Part shown: piece by piece, positions 14,891-28,127 of the stretch
Numbering within the stretch: the first letter of the stretch is position 1
Layout: each line of letters begins with the position of its first letter
DNA from: Flaccisagitta enflata
Lineage: Eukaryota
Direction of reading: 5' to 3'
Assembly: GCA_965153355.1 (NCBI GenBank)
Contig: OZ231126.1
Coordinates: 10,664,001 to 10,728,000 of the forward strand
DNA: 64,000 nt
Notes under the pieces: model-generated
What the model was told of the DNA's origin: nothing
The model's input: the letters and a program-made list of their open reading frames with translations, nothing else
Databases searched by the model: none
Program-made: the position numbers and the translations under genes

Positions 14891-16650
14891 ATAATGACCC
14901 TTCTGGTCAGCGAGAAACGAAAAATTGTTGCTCAAAAAGACCTCTTATTCATAAACTGGCATAAATCATGTCCTCTTTTCGTTCATCATGTCAAATGTTC
15001 CTTGAATAACTGATAATTGTTCACTTCCCCTCTTCCAAATTGCTTATCATTTAATGACTTGTTCCTCTATCAGTATTCTTTCCTTCTTTTCGCTCATGAA
15101 CCGGATTGAAAATATGTGACTGGATTCGAATTCTTCTGCACCAAATATACAAAGGCTCTTTCTCAACTTTTTTCAGTTTTTTCTCGATTATGTATGAAAG
15201 TTGGACAACACTACTACTCAACCCTACTTTACTTGAGGATGAGAGCCTTTGGAGCTCTCACTGGTGTTTAATCCGGACCCATCACAACTATCCTTAGTAA
15301 TGAAAAACAACCAAGTCTATCTTAACATTATCATGAAATTGTTCAAAAAAAAACAATCAAACCAAACAGAAAAATCAAAAATTTTAACCTGTTTGCTTCA
15401 AGTGCTAATGACAAGAAAGAGTGCCAGATGAGTGTGCTGAACCGGTGGGGCCTAATCCATAGTCCCTCACAGCCATCTGATCTTCCCATTGTAAAAGACT
15501 CCTGCAACCCACAACTTAAAATCAAAATTTTCTCCACTGATTTAGACCATTTTCGCGAACACTCCATGTCAACCCAAAATAGAAAGATGCAAATTAGTCA
15601 GTATATTCCCATTGTTCATAGTGAACAAATTACCAAATGATGATGTAGCTATCCAAAGATAGTCTAGATATCAAAGGCAATGTTGTTAAAAACCATACCA
15701 TTAGAGGCAGGGGCGTATGGGAGCCAAATTTTTATGGGGAGCAGGCTCTAATTTGTGTCCCAACAGATTTTGTGTCACAATGGAAACTAATTTGTGGTTT
15801 CTGAAAGACAGATTTAAACAATCAAAACTTCTTGATTTAAAAATAAGAAATAGTCTATTATAGATATAAACATAACTTAACTAAAAGTTAGACAAACAAT
15901 CATTGCTGAACATATATTTATGGGGTATTGTTAAGTATACACTACATAACTTTTTAACACTCTACAACAGAAATCACATTTATCTCTTTACATCTTTTTT
16001 ATGTCCTTTTTTAGAGTTTAAACCCAAAATTAATCTTAAACAAACAATCTTGAACATTTGGGGACATCCCGTACATCCCTTGTTGAACTTTTTGAAAAAT
16101 GAGGATACACTTGGTTGTGAGCTCTCTTTTACGAGTTTTACAAAAGGCATCTTTCTGCTGCTATCAGCGCAGGGTGATGTTTGGTCATATGGCGTGAAGC
16201 GTAATCATTGACAAATATTTCATCACATTTGGAGCACTGTACTTCACGGCGTTTAGTAGTAAAACGAAATCGTTTTCCATCGGACATTTTTTTAGATCAA
16301 CTTTGTCTTTGGAAGGTGTTGATGAAAAAACGACGAAAGAAAAGGCTTTAAGTGTAGTAGCTCACAAAATGATCTGATTTGAAATGAGAGTAAACACATC
16401 GACCTTTGGTACTAAGGTTGTGGTTCTTTTCCTTGATATGAATGACCAAAGTAGTAAACAATGGTGCCGATCGATCCCATGAACCCCTTTGTCTCTTCAA
16501 AACAGGTGTCGGTGGGGAAATCTATTTCTCTTCCTCCTCCTCATTTTCTTCCTACAAGTCCTCTTCCTCCTCATCTGCCGCTACTTTTCTGATTGAATGA
16601 ATAGACCTACCCCGTACCGTTCCAATCCTTGTTTTCATCTCTGTCTGTCT

Positions 16651-16742
<92 letters not shown>

Positions 16743-16907
16743 CCGACAGAAAAAATGTCCGATAGCTAGGGGAAGCAATTGCTTCCCCTGCTTCTCCTTC
16801 AAATACGCCTCTCATTAGAGGCAAGAATCGAAAATCAGCCATATGGGATCGCCGGCATTGAAAAATAGCAGTGAGGATCGCAAAAGCTGCTTTTATTCCC
16901 GCGTAGA

Positions 16908-17766
16908 AAGAACAAGTCATCCAAGGATTGCACATGGTCAGCGGTACCCGATGCCCTGCTTGAAGTGATTAACTGAAGAAGTGGAGTGAGAGCAGGGCAG
17001 CGGCCCCAAAGGGCCGATGTCCTGTAGGACACAGGGGTGAATTTCCATACGTCCTGAGAGGGCATATTTGGGGTAATTTTCCGTGATATTCATTGGGAAT
17101 TTTGCATTTTTTTTAATTTCTTTTCAATTTGCCATGTTATTCAATGGGAATTTGAGGCCTAAGAGGCTGGATTTGAGGCCCAAGAGGCTGGATTTGAGGC
17201 CCAAGAGGCTGGATTTGAGGCTTGAGAGGTGGGATTTGAGGCCTGTGAGGCTGGATTTGAGGCCTGAAAGGCTGGATTTGAGGCTTGAGAGGCCAGATTT
17301 GAGGCCTGAGAGGCCAGATTTGAGGCCTGAGAGGCTGGATTTGAGGCCTGAGAGGCTGGATTTGAGGCCTGAGAGTCTAGATTTGAGGCCTGAGAGTCTA
17401 GATTTGAGGCCTGGGAGGCCAGATTTGAGGCCTGAGAGGCCAGATTTGAGGCCTGAGAGGCTGGGTTTGAGGCCTGAAAGGCTAGATTTGAGGCCTGAGA
17501 GGCCAGATTTGAGGCCTGAGAGGCCTGATTTGAGGCCTGAGAGGCTGGATTTGAGGCCTGAAAGGCTAGATTTGAGGCCTGAGAGGCCAGATTTGAGGCT
17601 TGAGAGGCCGGATTTGAGGCCTGAGAGGCTGGATTTGAGGCCTGAGAGGCTTGAGAAGCTTCGGAGGGGGGACGTACGGACGTACGGACGGACGGACGTA
17701 CGGACGGACGTAAGGAAATTCACCCCTGTGTCCTACAGGACATCGGCCCTTTGGGGCCGCTGCCCA
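16908..17766 (+). mobile_element. Helentron/HINE-like non-autonomous element with internal 21-bp minisatellite; related copy at ~10590-11140
   Basis: A ~50-bp inverted repeat (16995-17046 vs 17714-17766), a (gatttgaggcctgagaggctg)n array and a GACG microsatellite, ending in an A-run. Confidence 0.6.
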
Positions 17767-19060
17767 AAAAGCTTAAAAACAACAGTCCTCGACTGTAGTC
17801 TATTTGGTGTCCGACCCGGCTACTCAGTCTGACCCGGCTACTCAGTCTGACCCGGCGACTCAGTCTGACCCGGCGACTCAGTCTGACCCGGCGACTCAGT
17901 CTGACCCGGCGACTCAGTCTGACCCGGCGACTCAGTCTGACCCGGCGACTCAGTCTGACCCGGCGACTCAGTCTGACCCAGCTACCAAATGCATACCTTG
18001 AAGTCCATGGTGGCATACCTTGCAGACTATCATGGCATACCTTGAAGTCCATGATAGCATACCTTGAAGTCCCTGATGGCATTCCTTGAAGTCCATGAAA
18101 GCATACCTTATAATCCAACAAAAAATTTTTTTCAAAAAAAAAAAAAAAAAATTTAAAAAACATTTTTTTTTCAAAAAAAATAAAAAAAAAATCATAAGTC
18201 CAGGAAATAATGTTACTAGATACATCATAAATACCCTTATATTTTCTTAACCAATACTCAGAATTTACTGAAATCTTGCAGGGGAGCTTTAATTGATGCA
18301 ATTAACCTTTACAACAAGTTTGAACAACATTGGTGAACCTTTACTACCCTTCCCCTATATAAATTGCACAAGTCTAAGAATTAATTTTACTAGCAAAATA
18401 CCCTAATATCTTCTAAACCAATACTCAGAATCATCTGAAATTTTGCAGGGGAGCTTTAATTACTACAATGAACTTCCAAAACAAGTTTAAACAACATTGG
18501 TGAACCTTTACTACCCTTCCCCTATGTAAATTTCATAAGTCCAGGAATTAATATTACTACAAATATAATAGGCAAAGGGTATTAGATATTTATGAATGTT
18601 GTTGAAAGTTGGTACACAGGTTAGTAATGCCCTTAAAATAACACTGACCAAGTTTCATCAACATCTGAGTTGTGGTTCTCAAGTTTTTAAGGGTTGACAC
18701 GAACAAACGACGACAACTCACTACACGATCAAGGCTATGTCATAGTCCTCGACGTAAACTGATCGTCGAGGACAAAAATTCCAAATACCGTTGATGCTAA
18801 ATAGCCCTTGCATCTCTAATAAAGGTAGAGAGGGGATGCCTAAAAATTCTATATCACTTTTTAGGAAGATTTCTTTGAAAAAGGCTTAATTAAGCATTAA
18901 AAAAGCTTCAAAATTACAGTCCCCGACTGGGGACTGTAATTTTTGAAGCTTTCTTGTCGCGTAAACGCGACTCGAGAAGATACACGACCAAAAAAAAAAA
19001 AAAATTTCAAAAAAAAAAAAAAATTTCAAAAAAAAAATTTTTTTCAAAAAAAAAAAAAAA

Positions 19061-19094
<34 letters not shown>

Positions 19095-21414
19095 CAAAAA
19101 AAAAAAGTTAAAAAAAAACAGTAAAAGAAAATAAAAAAAAAAATTCAAAAAAAAAAAAAAAACCTTACGAGTCCATGACGGCACACCTTAGTATCTGAGC
19201 GCGCGCGCTCACTCGCTGGGTGTGTGTGCGTGCGTGCGTGCGTGTGCGTGTGCGTGTGTGTGTGTGCGTGCGCGTGTGCGTGTGTGTGTGCAAACTTTTT
19301 TTCTTTGTGCAAACCTCTCTGCCATGAAGGTGAACTTTGACCAGAGCAAAACTTCTGAATACTATAAGTAGTTCAGCGTTGGGAAATAAAAGTAACTAAA
19401 TTAGTAATTGTTTATTATTTAAATCGTAATAATGAAATTGCTATAAAGCTGAACAACAACATGAGTGAAAGTAAAATGATATTTTACTAATAAATGCATC
19501 ACACAAAAATCTTTGAACAAATAAATGGTCATCCGCAATATGTAAATGAGAAAAGTGCAAATCTCCTCAATGAATAATTCACCCACTCTCACAGCAGTAA
19601 TATATTACAACATAAATAGGTTTTTATCTCATAAACCAGACTTCAGATTTAAATCGAATTTTGCAGGGGCTGTTCAATTGATGTCCTTTACTTGAATACC
19701 AAATTAAAAAAAGAATTCACATAACTTTACTACCCTTTGCCTATGTAAACTGCCTAAGTCCTAGTAACATATTACTACATAAATAAGCTAATATCTCCTA
19801 AACCAGACTTCAGATTTAATTCGAATTTTGCAGGGGTTGTTTATTTACTATCCTTTACTTGTATACCAAATTAAAAAAAAATTCATAAACTTTTACTACC
19901 CTTTGCCTATGTATACTGCCTAAGTCCTAGCAATATATTACTACATAAATAAGCTAATATCTTGTAAACCAGGATTCAGATTTAATTCGAATTTTGCAGG
20001 GGTGGTTTATTTACTATCCTCTACTTGTATACCAAATTAGAAAAAAATTCACATACTTTTACTACCCTCTACCTATGTAAACCACCTAAGTCCCAGCTAA
20101 ATATTACTACAAAAATAATAGGCAAAGGGTAGTAAAAGTTTATGAATTTTTCTGAAAATTGGTACACAAGCTCCCATTGACATAATAATAACACTGGTAA
20201 AGTTTCATGAACTTCTGAAGTCTGGATCAAAAGATATGAGAAGGTTTTACACAGACAGACACACACACACACAGACAGACTAGCACAAACAGGCTATCTC
20301 ATAGTCCACCGACGAAAACTGTTCGTCGGGGACAAAAAGCTTAAAAACAACAGTCCTCGACTGTAGTCTATTTGGTGTCCGACTCGGCTACTCAGTCTGA
20401 CCCGGCTACTCAGTCTGACCCAGCTACTCAGTCTGACCCGGCTACTCAGTCTGACCCGGCTACTCAGTCTGACCCGGCTACTCAGTCTGACCCGGCTACT
20501 CAGTCTGACCTGGCTACTCAGTCTGACCCGGCTACCAATTGCATACCTTAAAGTCCATGATGGCATACCTTGAAGTTCATGGTGGCATACCTTGCAGCCT
20601 ATGATGGCATACCTTGAAGCCCATGATGGCATTCCTTGAAGTCCATGAAAGCATACCTTATAATCCAACAATAAAAAAGATAACAAAAAATTTTCAAATT
20701 TTTCAAAAAAAAAAAAAAAAAAAAAAAAAATTTTTTTTTTTTCAAAAAAAAAAAAATTTTTCAAAAAAAAAAAAAAAAATTTCAAAAAAAATATTTTTTC
20801 AAAAAAAAATTTAAAAAAAAAAATTTTTTTTCAAAAAAAAAATAATGTTATTAGATACATCACAAATACCCTTATATTTTCTTAACCAATACTCAGAATT
20901 TACTGAAATCTTGCAGGGGAGCTTTAATCGATGCAATAAACCTTCACAACAAGTTTGAACAACATTGGTGAACCTTTACTACCATTCCCCTTTGTAAATT
21001 GCACAAGTCTAGGAATTAATATTACTAGCAAAATACCCTTATATCTTCTAAACCAATACTCAGAATTATCTGAAACTTTGCAGGGGAGCTTTAATTGATG
21101 CAATAAACCTTCACAACAAGTTTGAACAACATTGGTGAACCTTTACTACCCTTCCCCTATGTAAATTGCACAAGTCCAGGAATTAATATTACTACAAAAA
21201 TAATAGGCAAAGGGTATTAAATATTTATGAATGTTGTTGAAAGTTGGTACACAGGTTAGTAATGCCCTAAAAATAACACTGACCAAGTTTCATCAACATC
21301 TGAGTTGTGGTTCTCAAGTTTTTAAGGGTTGACACGACGACAACGAACAAACAACGGCTTACTACACGATCAGTGCTATGTTATAGTCCTCGACGAAAAC
21401 TGATCGTCGAGGAC
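17767..21414 (+). mobile_element. Three adjacent Helentron/HINE-like elements (17767-18773, ~18900-20333, 20334-21414)
   Basis: Each starts aaaagctt...acagtcc(t/c)cgact and ends in a hairpin of the form gtcctcgacg-aaactg-cgtcgaggac followed by an A-run. They share internal ~120-bp repeats, and two carry 18-bp arrays. No TSD other than the A-tract. Confidence 0.75.
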
Positions 21415-23022
21415 AAAAAGTATGTGTTCAATAAAGTATTAACCGGGTTCAATTTTTGTACAAATTAGACGATGATTACTAAATAGATACTGGGTTCTTA
21501 AAATCGTTCTTTCCGCTTACTCCCTTCTGAAACTGTTTACTTGCTTAGTTGTTTTTATGCTTTCTTGCTGTAAGCGCTAAGATCCTGTCAAAGACGCTTA
21601 CCTTCCAGAGGCGATCTAGCTCCTATGCGGACCCGGAGAGAGATATCCTATTGGGCCTCTGGGCATGCCTGCCAGAGAGAGTTTAGCTAACGAAGGGAAT
21701 AAGCTCCTAGATGAGTGACTATCTGAAGGTAGAACAGATGCGATGGGTCGATAACGATGTATTCTTATTAACTATGCGAGCGGCTAATTACCACCATACT
21801 GGAGCCCCTGATAATGCTCTCAACTATTAACGGTAAGGAAAGGGAAGGTTATATAACAGTAATGCATCGGTTAAGGAGAGCATGAAAGGGCTATCATCAA
21901 TAACAATTACAATGATGGAAGCTACGGCTACTTCACGATAATAGCTATCTTCAAAGGCTCATGGCTACCACTCAGTCCCGCCATGAGCTATATCCATTTC
22001 CTGCCTCTTACATTGCTATGGAAAGATGCGATTGGTAGAAAGGGTTCGCATCGGAGAAAATCTTTTTTGAAGACAGTTCCAGACAGCATTTGATGTCCTC
22101 TATCAAACATGTTTGAAAGACGCAGACAGAAATAAATTGAGACCCCCTTCTGTTTGCTCAAAGTTGAAAGAGTTTTCCGCATTTTCTTTGGATTGCGTTT
22201 CTTGTTTTTCATCGCTTTTTTCTACATCTCCTGAATGTCCATGGTGTATGATGGCATAGGTGTGTCTGATTATACATATACACTAGACCCATTTTCTACC
22301 AGTAAAAATGGGGCTAGGTACTCTTTGTGGAGCTCAATCGATTCCTCTTTTCATGAGGAATCGATTGATACCCATAATGACTATGATTTTAAAATTTTTG
22401 GCTTGGACCTTGCGTCATTTCCGCCACATGCGTCAAAATGCGTCAAATTTGCAAATTTTCACCATTTTAGCTGTTTTTCGAGCGATTTATGCGCGTAAAA
22501 ATTACGTCCTGGTAAGTTTTTTTTCAAGTCTTATGCCTCAATAGTGTCTTTAAAGAATGAATCTTAAATGGGAATTTGTTAACATGCATCTTGTGTCTCA
22601 ATCTAAACCGGAAATGGCCGGAAATGACCGGAAGTGACGCACCTGGCGTTGGTTTTCTTACTGTACTGGACTTATCAGTATACCTTGCAAAAAAGTAGTA
22701 TGTGTGTAGTTGATTAGTATGCAGAAACAACTAGAATAAAACATAAATTAAAGTTGATTTGAAATGAATTCAGTAGGCATAGCATGGGCATAAAATATAA
22801 GTTAAATTGGTGTAAAATTGACGTAAAATTGGATGAAAATTGAACTCAAGTAACAAACCAAATCGCAGTAGATGAGAATAAAACAAGGTCGGATACACTG
22901 CTACCGAAGTCGCGTGGTGGTGGACAGGGGCTATATTTGAGGTCACCAGACCATTTGGGCAGGAGTCAAAGAAATAAAAACATAAAAAAAGTAAAGTGTG
23001 ACCGACCAACTGACCGACCAAC

Positions 23023-24358
23023 CACACTGGCCCTAAATGACCACCTATCAAGCTCTTAGGCCTATCTCAACTCTATCCACCCGTAACCACCACCTTCCAC
23101 CATCACACTGGCCCTAAATGACCACCTATCAAGCTCTTAGGCCTATCTCAACTCTATCCACCCGTAACCACCACCTTCCACCATCACACTGGCCCTAAAT
23201 GACCACCTATCAAGCTCTTAGGCCTATCTCAACTCTATCCACCCGGACCACCACCTTTCCACCATCACACTGGCCCTAAATGACCACCTATCAAGCTCTT
23301 AGGCCTATCTCAACTCTATCCACCCATAACCACCACCTTCCACCATCACACTGGCCCTAAATGACCACCTATCAAGCTCTTAGGCCTATCTCAACTCTAT
23401 CCACCCATAACCACCACCTTCCACCATCACACTGGCCCTAAATGACCACCTATCAAGCTCTTAGGCCTATCTCAACTCTATCCACCCATAACCACCACCT
23501 TCCACCATCACACTGGCCCTAAATGACCACCTATCAAGCTCTTAGGCCTATCTCAACTCTATCCACCCATAACCACCACCTTCCACCCTCACACTGGCCC
23601 TAAATGACCACCTATCAAGCTCTTAGGCCTATCTCAACTCTATCCACCCATAACCACCACCTTCCACCATCACACTGGCCCTAAATGACCACCTATCAAG
23701 CTCTTAGGCCTATCTCAACTCTATCCACCCATAACCACCACCTTCCACCATCACACTGGCCCTAAATGACCACCTATCAAGCTCTTAGGCCTATCTCAAC
23801 TCTATCCACCCATAACCACCACCTTCCACCATCACACTGGCCCTAAATGACCACCTATCAAGCTCTTAGGCCTATCTCAACTCTATCCACCCATAACCAC
23901 CACCTTCCACCATCACACTGGCCCTAAATGACCACCTATCAAGCTCTTAGGCCTATCTCAACTCTATCCACCCATAACCACCACCTTCCACCATCACACT
24001 GGCCCTAAATGACCACCTATCAAGCTCTTAGGCCTATCTCAACTCTATCCACCCGTAACCACCACCTTCCACCATCACACTGGCCCTAAATGACCACCTA
24101 TCAAGCTCTTAGGCCTATCTCAACTCTATCCACCCGTAACCACCACCTTCCACCATCACACTGGCCCTAAATGACCACCTATCAAGCTCTTAGGCCTATC
24201 TCAACTCTATCCACCCGTAACCACCACCTTCCACCATCACACTGGCCCTAAATGACCACCTATCAAGCTCTTAGGCCTATCTCAACTCTATCCACCCGTA
24301 ACCACCACCTTCCACCATCACACTGGCCCTAAATGACCACCTATCAAGCTCTTAGGCC
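23023..24358. repeat. Satellite array, 81-bp unit, ~16.5 near-identical copies
   Basis: Unit cacactggccctaaatgaccacctatcaagctcttaggcctatctcaactctatccacccataaccaccaccttccaccat. Confidence 0.96.
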
Positions 24359-26129
24359 CGTCAAACGCCGGTCAACATCCCTCCCACCTCCACATTTGAG
24401 TTTTGATTATAAATCATGTCCAGCTATAGAAGCTGAACTTAAGGGAATTATCATGATTTCAGTAATTAATGAGTTTGAAAAAGATAAGTTAAGACATGTC
24501 GAAAAAATGTTAAATCTTGTTTCAAAACATATAGTTCTGAATGAACGAGGCGAGACTCGTCAATCAGAGGTGAGCAGAGCAAAATCTATCTAATGATTTA
24601 TCTGTCTAAATGAGCGAAGCTAATTTTAGGAGAGAAATGATTTCCAAGCAAGATTTTAATCAGACTAAAGCAAATTCGAAATCAACGCAGGGAGAGAGAA
24701 TATTTGTGACCGATAAAAATGAGAGGAAGCAAAATCATAATAAAATGGAAAATAACCAAAATAAGAGAAATGACCGATAAAATGAGAGAATGGCCAATGG
24801 CGCCATTCTTCTCTCGGCCTACAGCTACCTATCATGACTAAAATTTTATCAAAAAATTTTACTCAGATACAAAAATAACTCAGACCCCTGTATCAGAAAG
24901 AGAACTTGCTAAAAAGAAAATTCGTAAAAACTTAAGTAAGAAAAAGAACGAATTTAAAAAAAAGAAAAAAAAATGTGGAAAAATCGCGGTGTGCAATGCG
25001 ATTGAAAAACCACATACATGAAAATTAGCAAACGAAATTAACATTGAATTCGACATATCCAAAATAACAGGTATTGAGAGACACGTAATACGAGATAGTC
25101 ACATATGACATTAGACAAATGGCAGAAGACAACTCGGCAAATTCAAAATGCAAATTTACAAAGCTAAAAATTAACTTTCGTTCAATTTGAGGGCAAAAAT
25201 TGAGTATTTCTCTAACATGGGCAAGGACCATCAGACTGACTGACTGACTGACTGACTGACAGTGACAGACAGTGACAGAAACTGTCAACTGGGTACCATC
25301 AGACTGATTGGGGTATGAACATCCGTGAAAATAACCCATGAAAAGAGCGGAGAACACACAGCTAAATGAATGAGGTGATCGGGCTACATTCATTCCAAGC
25401 TATAAGCATTCTCAAAGCCCTCGGGCCATGAGGACAGAACCGACAATCAGAAGGACAGACAGTGACAGATGGACAGAAAGAAACCGTCAATCTAACTGTT
25501 GGACACAACCACCGGTAAGGAGTGCCAAAAAAAATAACCATGTGAGAAAGAAAAACAAAATTTAACTCAAATTCGAACGAAAGCAAAGTTGAGAACGGAT
25601 ATGGGGGGGGGGGGAAAGGGAGAGTGGGGAAGAAAGAGAGGTGAAAAGTGCGAGCTCGCTAAACTAAATAGTGGTTAATATTTCGTCAAAGACGTGAGAA
25701 AGATTGAGAAAAATACGATTAATATTCGTCAACTATAAACAATAGTGACTGGGAAAAATAACGGTTAATATTTCTAGTGCCGTGGAAAAGTGAAATAACG
25801 GAACTAGACCGGAAAAGGAACACAAACATGTTGAAAAGAGAGAAGAGTGAGAGAGAGGGAGAGAGAGGGGTGAGAGAGGGAGAGAGAGGGGTGGGAGAAG
25901 AGGGGAGAGGGGAAATGGGGTTTGGAAGCACTCAATTCTAGGTGAATGATAATCAGAAGAGGTCTGAACATCGACATGATAAGACTAAACAGCTGTCAAT
26001 TCCCATCTTCGAGACAAAAAAACAAAACGTGGTGACCAACACAATAATGAAAATTGTGTTTGAGAGAAGGAGAATAGTGAAATGCCGCAAAACCCAGTCC
26101 ATGAACTTGGAAATAACGAATTCGCGGAA

Positions 26130-26310
26130 CTCGCGTGCTAAACATACTCGCGTGTTAAACATACTTGCGTGTTAAACATACTCGCGTGTTAAACATACTC
26201 GCGTGTTAAACATACTCGCGTGTTAAACATACTCGCGTGTTAAACATACTCGCTTGTTAAACATACTCGCGTGTTAAACATACTCGCGTGTTAAACATAC
26301 TCGCGTGTTA
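26130..26310. repeat. 17-bp minisatellite (gtgttaaacatactcgc); also a 16-bp array at 27810-27927
   Basis: Read directly from the sequence. Confidence 0.9.
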
Positions 26311-28127
26311 CAGCGAAACTCGATGTAGCAAATTAGACATGAGAATGAAAAACTCGCAATTTGCGTAACCCTGTACAGTGACAGCCCGCAAAAATAAGTC
26401 GTGACCCGGTAATAATGAATTTGCCGAAAAGCGAAATTCACTAAAGCGAATTATACACTTTCATAAAACCCTCAGTCATCGACAATATTGTTTTTGTCTT
26501 GATGCACTTTAAATGGCACTTTAAATGGCACTTTAATGACACTTTAAATGGCACTTTAAATGGCGAAAGATGATGAAGGATGAAGCAGATCCGAATTTTG
26601 TTTTCAGTTCCACCGACAAAATGCTGTTTGTCATCGTCGATATCAATCCATTACATAGCAATCACCAACACCAAAATACTGTCTTAACATTTCTCTCAGT
26701 CACCACCTCAATCCACCAATTATCAAGACGCAAAACCCGAAGACGCATTGGTCGTTGCCATGGAGACGCCAAACAAGCGCGTGAAAGTCGATTTCTATTT
26801 CCAAGAATGCCGGAAACTGAAGTCGACTGCGGAGAATCTTTCTCCCATTATCCAAATCGAGCTCCGAAGGAGGAGGAGGAGGAGGAGAAAAGACGCGTCA
26901 CCGTCGTGAATTGGGATTCGACGTCAGATGATAGGATTTCCACCAATCAGAGCGCGAGGAACCGACGCCGCGTCGTGGGCGTGGTTGAGAAGCGGAGGAC
27001 GTCTCCCCCTTCCTGCGAAGACCGGAAGTAATCCAATGCGCGTGCCGCAGCGCTTGAACGTCATGGAAACAACAAAAACTCGTCTCTGGTTAGTCAATAT
27101 AAATCGGCGATGAAGAAGAGGGGCGTGAGAGAAATCGAAATGATCTATTTTGACGTTAAAGAATTGAGTGGGAGATGAGGAAGATGGAGAGAGTAATGAT
27201 GCACGTAACTCCTCGAAGAAACGCAGACGTGGGACAATACTGAAGCTAACGCACCGTCGTAAGTATGAGGGAGATGAAGAAAGTGATGACGCACGTTACT
27301 CCATTAAGAGACGCAGACGGGGACAATCCCAAGGCGGCGAGACTATCAACCACCGTCAAACACATTCTAACACCATCCATCAAATAGATTACTTTGGTCC
27401 TCAGCTTCTCAGTCATTACTACATCAAAATGCGAAGATGCATTAGTCGTCGCCATGGAGACGCAAAACAAGCGCGGGAAAATCGATTCTTATTTCCGAGA
27501 AGCCGGAGACAGAAGTCGACCGCGAGAATCCTTTCCTCTATCATCCAAATCGGGCGTCGAAGGAGGAGGAAGGGAGGACGCAAACCGGAAGTGGTCGCGT
27601 TCGCACGCCGAAGCGCTCGTAGCGCCATGGTGAGGACATGAATGAGTCTCGTCGATTTGCGATGAAGATGATGATGAGAAGAACACACAATATCGAGCGA
27701 ATCGTGGAGGTCACAAAGCTAATCCAATTTGATCAAAACGGGATCATCGACCAACATTACTGTCAATCTCCATCCACCAAATAGATATAACTTTGGTCCA
27801 TGACGGCCCCCGACGGTTGCGGTGCCCGTCGGTCGCGGTGCCCGTCGGTCGCGGTGCCCGTCGGTTGCGGTGCCCGTCAGTTGCGGTGCCCGGCGGTCGC
27901 GGTGCCCGTCGGTCGCGGTGCCCGTCGATGATGACGCAAAGTAAATCCAAAGATGTGGAGAGGAGACGAAGAGATGGAGCAAGGAAGAAGTAGATGGAGT
28001 GGAGGAGATGGAGTGGAGGAAGGGGAGCGGAGATGGAGAAGAGGTAACGAAGCAAAGTTGTCGGCGAAATTTAGCAAAAGCCGATATTACACCCATCCAA
28101 CTGAGGGTGTAAATCCATTTGTCCGTT

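Noticed and set aside
17083-17832. DLRPERL-repeat protein
   Set aside because: 21-bp minisatellite inside a non-autonomous element.
27455-27500. PIP-box-like peptide METQNKRGKIDSYF
   Set aside because: Short ORF with wrong Gln spacing, and the frame is not conserved in the duplicate at 26760.
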